64,000 bases of DNA from a virus. A program made the translations under genes and the position numbers. Shown here one piece after another: positions 29,889 to 39,054 of this stretch (position 1 is its first letter; every line of letters starts with the position of its first letter). The stretch spans positions 14,963-78,962 of IMG/VR virus record IMGVR_UViG_3300023178_000030. One strand, written 5' to 3'. The notes under the pieces are model-generated. The model did no database searches, had not been told where the DNA came from, and saw only the letters and a program-made list of their open reading frames with translations.

Positions 29889-30623
29889 ATGACTGCAAAA
29901 TTAATATCATATTCACAATCACCATTACCCCTTCGCAATAGTAATTACATTGAAGTATATAAACTAATATCTGATTTAGATGAAACACCAACAGACTTAA
30001 TAGCTTATTGTGCAAGGGTATCAAATCCATCTAATCAAAACAATAAAGAAACAAGTGAAAAACTAATTCGATATTTAATTAAACATAAACATTTCTCACC
30101 ATTTGAAATGATAAATGTATGTTTAGAAATAGAAACCACAAGAGATATTGCACATCAAATAGTTAGACATAGAAGTTTTACATTTCAAGAATTTAGTCAA
30201 AGATATGCAGATTCAACTACTGCATTAGGTTTCACAACTAGAGAAGCAAGACTGCAAGATGACAAGAATAGACAGAACTCTTTATTTTTAGATTTAACTG
30301 ATGCAAAGAATATGAAGTTAGTAAGAGAATGGGAAGAAATGCAACAACTAGTTATTTCTCAATCAGAAAGAACATACAAGTGGGCTATAGAAAATGGTAT
30401 TGCAAAAGAACAAGCAAGAGTTGTTCTACCTGAAGGTTTAACAAAGACTAGAATCTATATGAATGGAACTATTCGTTCTTGGATACATTATATAGAATTA
30501 AGAAGTGGTCATGGTACACAAAAAGAACACATGGACATTGCAAGAGAATGTGCAGTTGAAGTTGCAAAAGTATTTCCTATGATAAAAGAATTTGTAGAAG
30601 AAGATGTTATCAAAACAAAATAA
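29889..30623 (+). CDS. thyX: FAD-dependent thymidylate synthase
   Basis: HFSPFE, RHRSFTFQEFSQRY, KEQAR, TQKEH. Confidence 0.95.
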   Translation: MTAKLISYSQSPLPLRNSNYIEVYKLISDLDETPTDLIAYCARVSNPSNQNNKETSEKLIRYLIKHKHFSPFEMINVCLEIETTRDIAHQIVRHRSFTFQEFSQRYADSTTALGFTTREARLQDDKNRQNSLFLDLTDAKNMKLVREWEEMQQLVISQSERTYKWAIENGIAKEQARVVLPEGLTKTRIYMNGTIRSWIHYIELRSGHGTQKEHMDIARECAVEVAKVFPMIKEFVEEDVIKTK

Positions 30624-31422
30624 TGTTTATGTTTTAGGTAATGGTGAATCAAGAAAAAATATTGATGTAAATCATTTAAGAACACTTGGTAAAGTGTATG
30701 GCTGTAACGCAATCTATAGAGATACTAAAGTAGATGTTTTAGTATGTATTGATGATGGTATCAGTCACGAAGTTTATACTTCAGGTTATGCAAAAGATAA
30801 TATTTGTTATCTAAAAGATTGGTCACCATTACCTGCCGAAATATTAAATAGTTTTGTTCATACTGATATGTTCAAAGACACAGAAGTTATTGAGAACGAA
30901 AGAGGTAACAAAGAATCATTTGTATTAAATGGTTGTGATTCAAAAATGTATGACGAACTATTAGATGAAGGTTTGAAACTTGTATCAGATAAAGAAGATT
31001 TCAAAGTTAAAATGGGAAAGAAACAAACTTTTATAACATGGTTAGAATTACAAGATAAAGTTAAAGATGTACCAAAAGAATATGAAGGTTGGAGTGCAGG
31101 CCCAATCGCAGTAAGAATTGCAGTAGAAAATGAGAAACCTGATAATGTATTTTTATTAGGTTTTGATTTAAAAAGTAATGATGGTAAAATAAACAATCTG
31201 TACAAAGGAACAGATAATTATTATCCATCAGATTCAAAAGAAATTTATTCTGGTAATTGGATAAATCAACATTCAGAAAATTTTAAATTATTTCCTGATG
31301 TTAATTTTATTCGAGTAGTACCTGATGAAATAAATTCTAATGCAATATCAAGTGAAGTAGATGAATGGAAACAATTTCAAAATATTCGTCATGCAACACT
31401 TGACAAATTTGAAAATTTATAG
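30604..31422 (+). CDS. MptE/Maf-like Rossmann-fold protein
   Basis: VLGNGESR...GCNAIYRD...SAGP.A...LLGFD. Confidence 0.6.
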   Translation: MLSKQNNVYVLGNGESRKNIDVNHLRTLGKVYGCNAIYRDTKVDVLVCIDDGISHEVYTSGYAKDNICYLKDWSPLPAEILNSFVHTDMFKDTEVIENERGNKESFVLNGCDSKMYDELLDEGLKLVSDKEDFKVKMGKKQTFITWLELQDKVKDVPKEYEGWSAGPIAVRIAVENEKPDNVFLLGFDLKSNDGKINNLYKGTDNYYPSDSKEIYSGNWINQHSENFKLFPDVNFIRVVPDEINSNAISSEVDEWKQFQNIRHATLDKFENL

Positions 31423-31433
31423 TATTATAAATA
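31400..31433 (+). promoter_or_regulatory. Composite sigma70 plus late promoter of gp32
   Basis: TTGACA-17-TATTAT overlapping TATAAATA. Confidence 0.75.
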
Positions 31434-31497
31434 CTTTTAATATATTATGATTTTGTGAATAAAAAAATAAACATACGATTACATACGGAGAAAAATT

Positions 31498-32385
31498 ATG
31501 TCATTTGATACATTACGAAAGTCTAATTCTTTAGACAAATTACTTGCTCAAGTAAAGAAAGACGAAACCCCAACAACAGAAAAAAAGTCTTATGTAGATG
31601 AAAGACTGTGGAAACCACAAGTTGATAAAGCTGGTAACGGTTATGCAGTTATAAGATTTTTGCCTGCTGTTGAAGGTGAAGAAGTTCCTTGGGTTCAAGT
31701 TTGGAATCATGCATTTCAAGGCCCTACTGGACAATGGTACATTGAGAACTCTCTCACTACTATTAAACAGAAAGACCCTGTATCTGAATACAACACTCAA
31801 CTTTGGAATTCTGGAGTTGAAAGTGATAAAGAAATTGCAAGAAAGCAAAAAAGAAAATTGCAATACTATGCAAATATCTATGTTGTAGAAGATAAAACAA
31901 ATCCTCAAAACGAAGGTAAAGTTTTCTTATACAAGTTTGGTAAAAAAATATTTGACAAACTTATGGAAGCTATGCAACCAGAGTTTGATGATGAAACACC
32001 AATTAATCCTTTTGACTTTTGGCAAGGTGCGAACTTTAAATTAAAGATTCGTAAAGTAGATGGTTATTGGAACTATGACAAGTCTAGTTTTGATGCACCA
32101 ACTAAACTGAAAGAAAGTGATGACGAAATCGAAAAGGTTTGGAAGAATCAATATGCACTAAAAGATTTTTTAGATGCAAGTAATTTCAAGTCTTATGATG
32201 AGTTAAAGAAAAGGTTAGATGCAGTATTATCTGGAACTACAGTTACTAAAAGAGCTGAACAAATGGTCACAGAAGATTCTGAAGATATACCAACTCTGAA
32301 AGAAACTGCACCTAAACAGAAATCTATTGCGAGTGAAGATGATGATGATACTTTAGGTTACTTTGAACAACTTGCAAAAGAGTAA
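31498..32385 (+). CDS. gp32: Single-stranded DNA binding protein gp32
   Basis: GNGYAVIRFLP, WYIENS, GKKIFDK, NYDKS, acidic tail. Confidence 0.97.
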   Translation: MSFDTLRKSNSLDKLLAQVKKDETPTTEKKSYVDERLWKPQVDKAGNGYAVIRFLPAVEGEEVPWVQVWNHAFQGPTGQWYIENSLTTIKQKDPVSEYNTQLWNSGVESDKEIARKQKRKLQYYANIYVVEDKTNPQNEGKVFLYKFGKKIFDKLMEAMQPEFDDETPINPFDFWQGANFKLKIRKVDGYWNYDKSSFDAPTKLKESDDEIEKVWKNQYALKDFLDASNFKSYDELKKRLDAVLSGTTVTKRAEQMVTEDSEDIPTLKETAPKQKSIASEDDDDTLGYFEQLAKE

Positions 32386-32413
32386 AAACTTCAACCCCAA
32401 CTGAAGTTTTATG

Positions 32414-32439
32414 AGACCCTCGAAAGAGGGTCTTTTTTT
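32414..32439 (+). terminator. Intrinsic terminator after gp32
   Basis: AGACCCTC-GAAA-GAGGGTCT followed by a T run. Confidence 0.9.
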
Positions 32440-34291
32440 ATTGATTATGAACTAACTCTATATTATCATCATCAGAAAGCTTATCAACTCTTAAAAGATT
32501 TACTGGATGAGTAACACTTTGGTCGATATTATTAGTAGTAACAACCATATCACCTTGACCACTAGCACTTCTATCTTTTGCAGATAATTCTTCTACTTCA
32601 GCTGTTGCTTGTGTAAGTGTAGGATCGTCAGCTGAAAGTCTTTCACCTGATTTAGTAATTCCTGCAAACGCATAAACTTGATCAGGAATCGCTTCTGATA
32701 TTGCTCTTTTAATAAATCCAAAAAATCCATCACCATCACCAGATGATGTTGGTAAGATTGCTCTTAAAATCATTCTATAAAAATCTAAATATAAAGTACC
32801 TACACCTTTAAATAATGTTTTGATAAATCCTAATGGGCCACCTGTTCCATCACCAGTAAATGTTTCCTTGAGATAATCTACAAAATTAGTAATTAATCCA
32901 AGAAAATTTGTGAACATTTCTTTAACTTTATCTTTAACCATAACACCAAAGTTTGTAAGTATTTCACCTAACTGGTCAAAAGCTGTTCCTGAAATAATCC
33001 AATCTGCAAAGTCAGAAAACGCTCCAAATATACCTGTAAACAAATTCATAATTTTATCTTTAATACTAAAACTTGCAAGCGATTCTTGTGCATTTTCAAA
33101 TCCCATTTTTCCTAGAATCCAACCAATAACTTTTTTTAGTAAATCTAAAGGTATGCCAACTAGATTACCAAACAATTTGGCAAAACCACCACCAAGACCA
33201 TCTAAAATTTTTGCAAGATCCGAATCACCTTTTGATTTCATAAAACCATCAATGAAACCAGTAACACTATCAAAGATAGCGATTGCTAATGTTATTGGAA
33301 CAAAGATTTTTCCTAAAACTTGACCAAATGTTGTTGCAAAACTTTTTATCGTTGCAAATCCAGCTTTGAAACCATCCATAAGAGGTTTGAATAATTTGAA
33401 TATTGAACTAAATAAACCTTTTATATAATTAAATACTTGTTTAACTTTACCACCAACTTTACTACCACTTCCTGTTATAAACTCCTTTACTATTCTAAAT
33501 ATGTCTACAAATGATTTTATTACATCATCAACAAAATTAACTAATAATCCAGTAAGTCCAGTAGTGAAAAAGGCTTTAATTGCAGTTATGGCTTTTGAAT
33601 TTTTTATAATTCTACCTATTGTGCTAAAGAGAGATTTAAACGCATTAAATAAACCAGTACCAAGATTTTTAACACCTGACATAAGTTTCATGCCACCTAA
33701 TGCTTTAAAAAGAACTTTTAATTCAAATAAAATCTGTGAAAATAATCCTGAAATTACAAATAGTGGTGCAAGTAAAGCACCTAAACCAAAACCAGCTGCC
33801 TTACCAACTCCTGCAAGTAATCCTTTAAAACCTTGAACTGTTACTTTATATAATGCTTCAAGTATAGATGTTTGTTTCTTTTGAGCTCTTTGATCTTCTC
33901 TTTTTTTCTCAACTTCAAATGCACTTGCAACTTTTTTACCTGCGGCTTTTGTTGCATCAACAATTTTAGTACCGCCAGGTATTGCACCAGGCAATGATTT
34001 AAAAAATCCAGTTATTGGACTTATAATGTTTGTTGCAACATCAGTAAGTTTCATATCTTTTGCAACACCTTTAAATCCTTGAATAATTGCAGAAGATTGT
34101 TTATTATTTTTTTCATTATCTTTTTTATCATCATCAGTTTTTTGATTAATTTCATCTATACTATCACCCATATAAACAATTGCGTGTGCAATCGCCTTAA
34201 GACCCATAGTGTGACGACCATCTCTACCAGCTTCACTTCTATTGTTAAATTTTAATTGTGTTATTACATCATCTAAAGTTGCACTTGCCAT
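32438..34291 (-). CDS. Putative tail tape-measure-like protein
   Basis: 617 aa of amphipathic G/F/K-rich helical repeats; downstream of gp26/gp51. Confidence 0.55.
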   Translation of the reverse strand: MASATLDDVITQLKFNNRSEAGRDGRHTMGLKAIAHAIVYMGDSIDEINQKTDDDKKDNEKNNKQSSAIIQGFKGVAKDMKLTDVATNIISPITGFFKSLPGAIPGGTKIVDATKAAGKKVASAFEVEKKREDQRAQKKQTSILEALYKVTVQGFKGLLAGVGKAAGFGLGALLAPLFVISGLFSQILFELKVLFKALGGMKLMSGVKNLGTGLFNAFKSLFSTIGRIIKNSKAITAIKAFFTTGLTGLLVNFVDDVIKSFVDIFRIVKEFITGSGSKVGGKVKQVFNYIKGLFSSIFKLFKPLMDGFKAGFATIKSFATTFGQVLGKIFVPITLAIAIFDSVTGFIDGFMKSKGDSDLAKILDGLGGGFAKLFGNLVGIPLDLLKKVIGWILGKMGFENAQESLASFSIKDKIMNLFTGIFGAFSDFADWIISGTAFDQLGEILTNFGVMVKDKVKEMFTNFLGLITNFVDYLKETFTGDGTGGPLGFIKTLFKGVGTLYLDFYRMILRAILPTSSGDGDGFFGFIKRAISEAIPDQVYAFAGITKSGERLSADDPTLTQATAEVEELSAKDRSASGQGDMVVTTNNIDQSVTHPVNLLRVDKLSDDDNIELVHNQ

Positions 34292-34294
34292 TTA

Positions 34295-34615
34295 TTATTT
34301 CCTTTTAAGATATGCTTCTTTACCATAGAAAGCCGCAACGATACCTGCACTTGCAATAAAGTATAGATCAGCCATACTTGCAAGAATATCTGCTTTAAGT
34401 CCAATTGCATCTGCAATTAATGTTACGATAGGATAAAACAACATTCCACATAACGCCATCCAAGCCATCTGTCTTTGAGAATCTTGTCTTTTATCCTCAT
34501 TATCTAATTCAACTAATTTTCTATCCATTTCCAATTCTTTATCACTCACAACACCATCTCCATCTAAATCATATTTTGCATAATGTGATTCTTTTTCTAA
34601 TTTCTTTTGTGCCAT
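34295..34615 (-). CDS. EF-hand-like plus 2-TM membrane protein
   Basis: DLDGDGVVSDKE loop followed by two hydrophobic helices. Confidence 0.65.
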   Translation of the reverse strand: MAQKKLEKESHYAKYDLDGDGVVSDKELEMDRKLVELDNEDKRQDSQRQMAWMALCGMLFYPIVTLIADAIGLKADILASMADLYFIASAGIVAAFYGKEAYLKRK

Positions 34616-34629
34616 AGTTTTACTCTCTT

Positions 34630-34824
34630 TTATTTATTGTTATTATGTCGATTTTTCATTTCCTCATCTTCAAGATGTTGAACTAATAATCCTGTGTATA
34701 TCTCCCTTTCCCAAGGTATCATGTTTTCAATTTCAGTTAAACTATATTTGTGATGTTGCATCAATGCAAATGTTAATCTATAATAATTCTCTAAATTATT
34801 ATGAGAAAGGGCTATTAAAAAAAA
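34630..34824 (-). CDS. gp51: gp51-like baseplate hub assembly protein (ATG at 34761, or reached by -1 frameshift from gp26)
   Basis: ALMQHHKYSLTEIENMIPWEREIY; frame open from the T8 run at 34824. Confidence 0.85.
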   Translation of the reverse strand, partial: FFLIALSHNNLENYYRLTFALMQHHKYSLTEIENMIPWEREIYTGLLVQHLEDEEMKNRHNNNK

Positions 34825-35513
34825 CTATTCATTCCTTCAATAACTATTTCACTTTCTACATTTGTATTTGGATTCATTACATTTATAGTGTGTTTAACTT
34901 TAGGAGCTGTTTCAAAAAACTCTTGAACTTTAATTAATTGATTATGTGTCATAGAATCAATAAATTCAGTTAATTCTTTTTTGTTCATATCAGTTTTTTC
35001 ATAAACATTGTCTTTGTCATAAATTTGTTTTACACAACTTGCAATCAAATCAAAAACAACTTCCTGTTTTTCTAATTCTAAACTAGACATTTCATTTAAT
35101 TTAGGATAACCCATAATCATACCAATATCATCAGTTAACTTAATATTAGGATCATGACCCTCTGTTTTTATACATTGTACTTGATTTAAATCAATTTCAA
35201 CTGGAACTTTTGTTTCATTATCATCAGGGCAAGTAACATTAACTTTTGTTATTGATCCAACTGATTTGCTTCTCAATTGTATAAAAATGTATTCCATATC
35301 AAATGTTGGTAATTCTTTTACATTTAATTTATTGAAAGTACACGCATCTATTATTTGTTCTAATGCAAGTGCAATTTCATTTTGATTTTCTGAATTCTGT
35401 GCAATCATTAACAGTTTTTCTTCTTTCACTAAAAACGGTCTAAATGCAACTTTCTCACCTGTTGAAGGAAGTGTCAATTCATGTCTTGATGCGTTTAACG
35501 AAGGTAATGCCAT
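34815..35513 (-). CDS. gp26: gp26-like baseplate hub subunit
   Basis: LPSTG..V.FRPFLVKEEK, FDMEYIF.QLRSKSVG, ends EG..SFF. Confidence 0.9.
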   Translation of the reverse strand: MALPSLNASRHELTLPSTGEKVAFRPFLVKEEKLLMIAQNSENQNEIALALEQIIDACTFNKLNVKELPTFDMEYIFIQLRSKSVGSITKVNVTCPDDNETKVPVEIDLNQVQCIKTEGHDPNIKLTDDIGMIMGYPKLNEMSSLELEKQEVVFDLIASCVKQIYDKDNVYEKTDMNKKELTEFIDSMTHNQLIKVQEFFETAPKVKHTINVMNPNTNVESEIVIEGMNSFF

Positions 35514-35538
35514 AATATTTCTCCTATTACATTATAAT

Positions 35539-36510
35539 TTAAAATTTTCCTAATTTACCAAATATGTTTCTAACTCTTTTGTTTTTAAGTATTCCACCAA
35601 AAAACTTTTTGAGTGAAATAATTCTTTGACTATCTCTTGCAATTCCAGCTGGTAATGCAACTCTACCTCTTTGTATTGCAGGATTAAATCCAGTAGTAAT
35701 TTCTTCTCTATACTGATCATATGGTCTACCAACATCTTTTATGTATGGTGCCCATTCTCTAAATGCAAAACCTACTGTTAATCTTAATATGTCATTGTTT
35801 GTTGCTTGACCATAATCTAAAACACTTATTGTTTTAGGAAATATATCTCTTATTTCTACTGTTGATGTAATTACATCATTTCTATCTAATTGGTGAACTA
35901 ACATAGTTGTAACATATTCATTATAATAACTTACATTATATGTTTTTTGATCTATTATTGTATCTTGCCAATCAGTAAAGAATTGTTTTTCTGAATGGTC
36001 ATCACTTAAATAAAATACACAAGTAATTTCTTCTGCAAATGTTAAACCTTGTGCAACCTCATGTGTTGGGCCATATATATTTTCATTAGTAACTGTTCTT
36101 ATATTTCTTCCAGGCATTTGAACCTGTGCAAGTCTTAATGACACAAATCTAGATGCGTCTACATTTGATGCGGCTTTTTGAGTTTGTATTTGATTTAAAG
36201 GTTCAGCTTGAACTGCATCAGTTTGTAATGTTGAAGGTGCAATTATAATTGCTTCAAATCTATTTGGTCTTGCAAATGAATTAGACCTAGTTTGAAATTG
36301 ATTTAAATCAAAATTAGCTGTTCTTTTATTTGCAGTATCTTGTCCATTAATTAATGGTATTTTATTATCAGGTTTGATAATATTTTCTAATTGTGGTAAC
36401 TTATCTTTTGGAACTCTATTTCCTACAATATCTTCAATCGCTCTTTTAGCTTTATTCTTTACATCATTTATTTTTTTATTGATAGGTGATATTGGTGGTA
36501 TTAACGCCAT
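35539..36510 (-). CDS. Tail-tube-fold baseplate protein (gp54-like)
   Basis: ARPNRF, MPG, FF.DW...I, FP..I...L.V.F.FR.W. Confidence 0.6.
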   Translation of the reverse strand: MALIPPISPINKKINDVKNKAKRAIEDIVGNRVPKDKLPQLENIIKPDNKIPLINGQDTANKRTANFDLNQFQTRSNSFARPNRFEAIIIAPSTLQTDAVQAEPLNQIQTQKAASNVDASRFVSLRLAQVQMPGRNIRTVTNENIYGPTHEVAQGLTFAEEITCVFYLSDDHSEKQFFTDWQDTIIDQKTYNVSYYNEYVTTMLVHQLDRNDVITSTVEIRDIFPKTISVLDYGQATNNDILRLTVGFAFREWAPYIKDVGRPYDQYREEITTGFNPAIQRGRVALPAGIARDSQRIISLKKFFGGILKNKRVRNIFGKLGKF

Positions 36511-37079
36511 TAGTAAAATCCTCTATTAATTCTTTTTCTTGAATCTGAATATACTTTTTCAGGAGTTGCTTTTACAAATCTTTGAACTGGTAATAAAACT
36601 GCAACCATCATTTCTTCTGCATTAATAACTCTAAAAGGTGTTTGAACATGGTCAATTAAATATCTTTTTACAGTAGGTTGAACTAAAGGATTTCTCTTAA
36701 TTCTATTCCATGTCAATCTTATTCTAGTATCCTCATTCATAAGTGTATTATTAGAATATTCAGAAATTACATTTAACAATCGAACTCTTAAAGGTATTGA
36801 TAAGTAATGAAAATTCAAACCTAAAAAACCATTGTTGTAAGCTTCGATTGGTAAAACTAAAGGGAATCTGTCATAGTATGGTAATTTTTCCTCATGTTTA
36901 GGACTGTACACAAAGAAATTCATAAGTCCAAAGTTTGGTCTTGCACGAACTCTACCATCACTTACTAATTTTCTAATAGTAGGTGTTCCAAACTCTTTAA
37001 CCTGATTTCTAAACCATTGAATAGAACGCTCTTTTCCACCAGATTTTTTTAATATATTATCAAATATTGATTCTGCCAT
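36510..37079 (-). CDS. gp2: DNA end protector protein gp2
   Basis: Y.PK....LPYYDRFPLV, GLNFHYL, KRYL..HV. Confidence 0.9.
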   Translation of the reverse strand: MAESIFDNILKKSGGKERSIQWFRNQVKEFGTPTIRKLVSDGRVRARPNFGLMNFFVYSPKHEEKLPYYDRFPLVLPIEAYNNGFLGLNFHYLSIPLRVRLLNVISEYSNNTLMNEDTRIRLTWNRIKRNPLVQPTVKRYLIDHVQTPFRVINAEEMMVAVLLPVQRFVKATPEKVYSDSRKRINRGFY

Positions 37080-37087
37080 AGAAGTAT

Positions 37088-37522
37088 TTATACGCCTAAT
37101 TCATGTTCAGTTAAGATTTTAAACTCCATTTGTCTATCTAAACAGAACTCATTTGCGGCTTTCCATTTTGCTTTATTGATACCCCATGTTCGCACTTCAT
37201 TTATAAATTTTGGTGTTTTTCTCTTTGGTATTTGGGGTGGTTGACATTGATTATAGGGTTTGATTTCAATTAACATTTTTTTAATTGAACCATTTTGTTG
37301 TTTGACTTTGATATAGAAATCAGGGAAATATCTATGAATTTTACCATCAATTGGAGAACGATATGGTATAATTACTTCCTCACTTCCCCATTCGATAATC
37401 TTATCATTTCTGTCACAATAGACCATAAATCGTCTTTCCCATGACGAACGATAGTATATTTTGTCTATATCACCACGATATTTTTTTGAGTTTGTTGGTC
37501 TATATCTTCCACTATACGGCAT
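37088..37522 (-). CDS. gp4: Head completion nuclease gp4
   Basis: YRSSWE, W.SEE..IPY, HRYFPDF, EIKP, N.AKW.AA, ILTE. Confidence 0.92.
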   Translation of the reverse strand: MPYSGRYRPTNSKKYRGDIDKIYYRSSWERRFMVYCDRNDKIIEWGSEEVIIPYRSPIDGKIHRYFPDFYIKVKQQNGSIKKMLIEIKPYNQCQPPQIPKRKTPKFINEVRTWGINKAKWKAANEFCLDRQMEFKILTEHELGV

Positions 37523-37529
37523 AATCTAT

Positions 37530-37569
37530 TATAAATACTTTAAAACACTTCATTTAAAGGATATTTATA
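37530..37569. promoter_or_regulatory. Oppositely oriented T4-type late promoters for gp48 and gp4
   Basis: TATAAATA on + at 37530-37537 and on - at 37562-37569; another on - at 37085-37092. Confidence 0.75.
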
Positions 37570-38528
37570 TGATAGTAAATTCAGGATATGGTGGCATGGA
37601 CTTTGGTAGTAATGTCAACAACAATGGTTCACTCTCTAATTCACAACCAGAAAAACAAATAGAAGATACAGGCCTGTCAAAGAAATTTGCAGCTGGGTTA
37701 GTATATCCTCAAGATACTGCAACAATGAAACGAACAGAACATTATGTTCAATTCTTTATCAATCAACAAGATAATGCAAGAATAAAATGGAACGCAGATG
37801 AAGGATATGAACCACCAAAAGAAAATAGAAATATCACAATAAGACGAGCACCAACTACTAGAACACTTGGTTCAATAACATTATTCTTACCTGCACAATT
37901 AAATGTTTCGCATAAAACAAACTATGGTGAAGCAGAAATAGGTTTGGGTGTTGCGGCCGCAATTGCATCTGCAAAAGGAATTGCAAATATGCAAATGACT
38001 TTAGAAAGTTTTAAAAATGCAGCTTCAGCTGCAGGTAGACAATTTTCACAAACTGCAAAACAAACTTTAGTAAATGCAGTTGAAACAGCAGGTGCAACTG
38101 GTGCTAAAGCCGCATTTGCAATTAGTCAAGGTGAAACTCAAAACAACAGAACTGAAATGAAATTTGAAGGTATTGATAGAAGATCATTTTCATATTCATT
38201 TAGATTGTTACCCCGTTCAAGTGCAGAAGCTGAAACAGTAAAAAATATTGTAAATGTTTTTCGTATGCAGTCATTACCAGAAGTTAGTGCAAGAGATGGT
38301 TTAGGAAGAACTCTTATTGCACCATCAACATTTGATATAGAATATAGTAATACTGTCAGAGATCAACTACACAAAATATCAACTTGTGTTTTAGAATCAG
38401 TAAATGTAAAGTATGGTGGTGAAAGACCACAGTTTTTTAAAGATGGTTATCCAGTAGAAACACAATTAGATTTACAATTTAAAGAACTCGAAATTATTAC
38501 AAAAGAAAGAGTTATGGCAGGATATTAA
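37569..38528 (+). CDS. gp48: Baseplate tail-tube cap gp48
   Basis: YP, I.LFLP, R.FSYSF.L.PRS..EA, F.ELEIITK. Confidence 0.85.
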   Translation: MIVNSGYGGMDFGSNVNNNGSLSNSQPEKQIEDTGLSKKFAAGLVYPQDTATMKRTEHYVQFFINQQDNARIKWNADEGYEPPKENRNITIRRAPTTRTLGSITLFLPAQLNVSHKTNYGEAEIGLGVAAAIASAKGIANMQMTLESFKNAASAAGRQFSQTAKQTLVNAVETAGATGAKAAFAISQGETQNNRTEMKFEGIDRRSFSYSFRLLPRSSAEAETVKNIVNVFRMQSLPEVSARDGLGRTLIAPSTFDIEYSNTVRDQLHKISTCVLESVNVKYGGERPQFFKDGYPVETQLDLQFKELEIITKERVMAGY

Positions 38529-38529
38529 A

Positions 38530-39054
38530 ATGTATTTTGAAAAATTTCCAAAAATAGATTACGAAGTAAAAGGTGATGGTGTCAATTATAAAATGACAGA
38601 CATTACTCGTAGAGTTAGATTTTTTAATTCTAAAATTTTAGATAGTGTTAGTTTTGATTACTATGATGTTAAGTCTGGTCAAACACCAGAAATGATTGCA
38701 AATGAAATATATGATGATCCAAACTTACATTGGGTTATATTAGTTGCAAATAATATTACAGATGTATATACACAATGGCCTATGTCAGTACAACAGTTTG
38801 AAAATTTTGTAAAAGAAAAGTATAACAATCCAGCTGCAATACATCATTATGAAATATTTCAAACATCTGGTGATACAACTCTAAAGATTGAATTACCAAA
38901 TGAAAGTGCAACAACAATACCAGTTGATGCAGTTGCAGTTTCTAATTATCAATATGAAGAATCAGTACAAGATACAAAAAGAAAGATACGATTGATTCGT
39001 TCTCAATATATACAACAAATAGAACAAGAGTTTGAAAGAATAATTGCAATATAA
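38530..39054 (+). CDS. gp53: Baseplate wedge gp53
   Basis: YFEKFP.I.Y, TPE.IA..IY.D..LHWVIL..N, HHYE. Confidence 0.9.
   Translation: MYFEKFPKIDYEVKGDGVNYKMTDITRRVRFFNSKILDSVSFDYYDVKSGQTPEMIANEIYDDPNLHWVILVANNITDVYTQWPMSVQQFENFVKEKYNNPAAIHHYEIFQTSGDTTLKIELPNESATTIPVDAVAVSNYQYEESVQDTKRKIRLIRSQYIQQIEQEFERIIAI

Noticed and set aside
32910-33836. Plus-strand ORFs inside the tape-measure-like gene, and similar antisense ORFs throughout the track
   Set aside because: Shadow frames of well-supported genes, with no RBS or motifs
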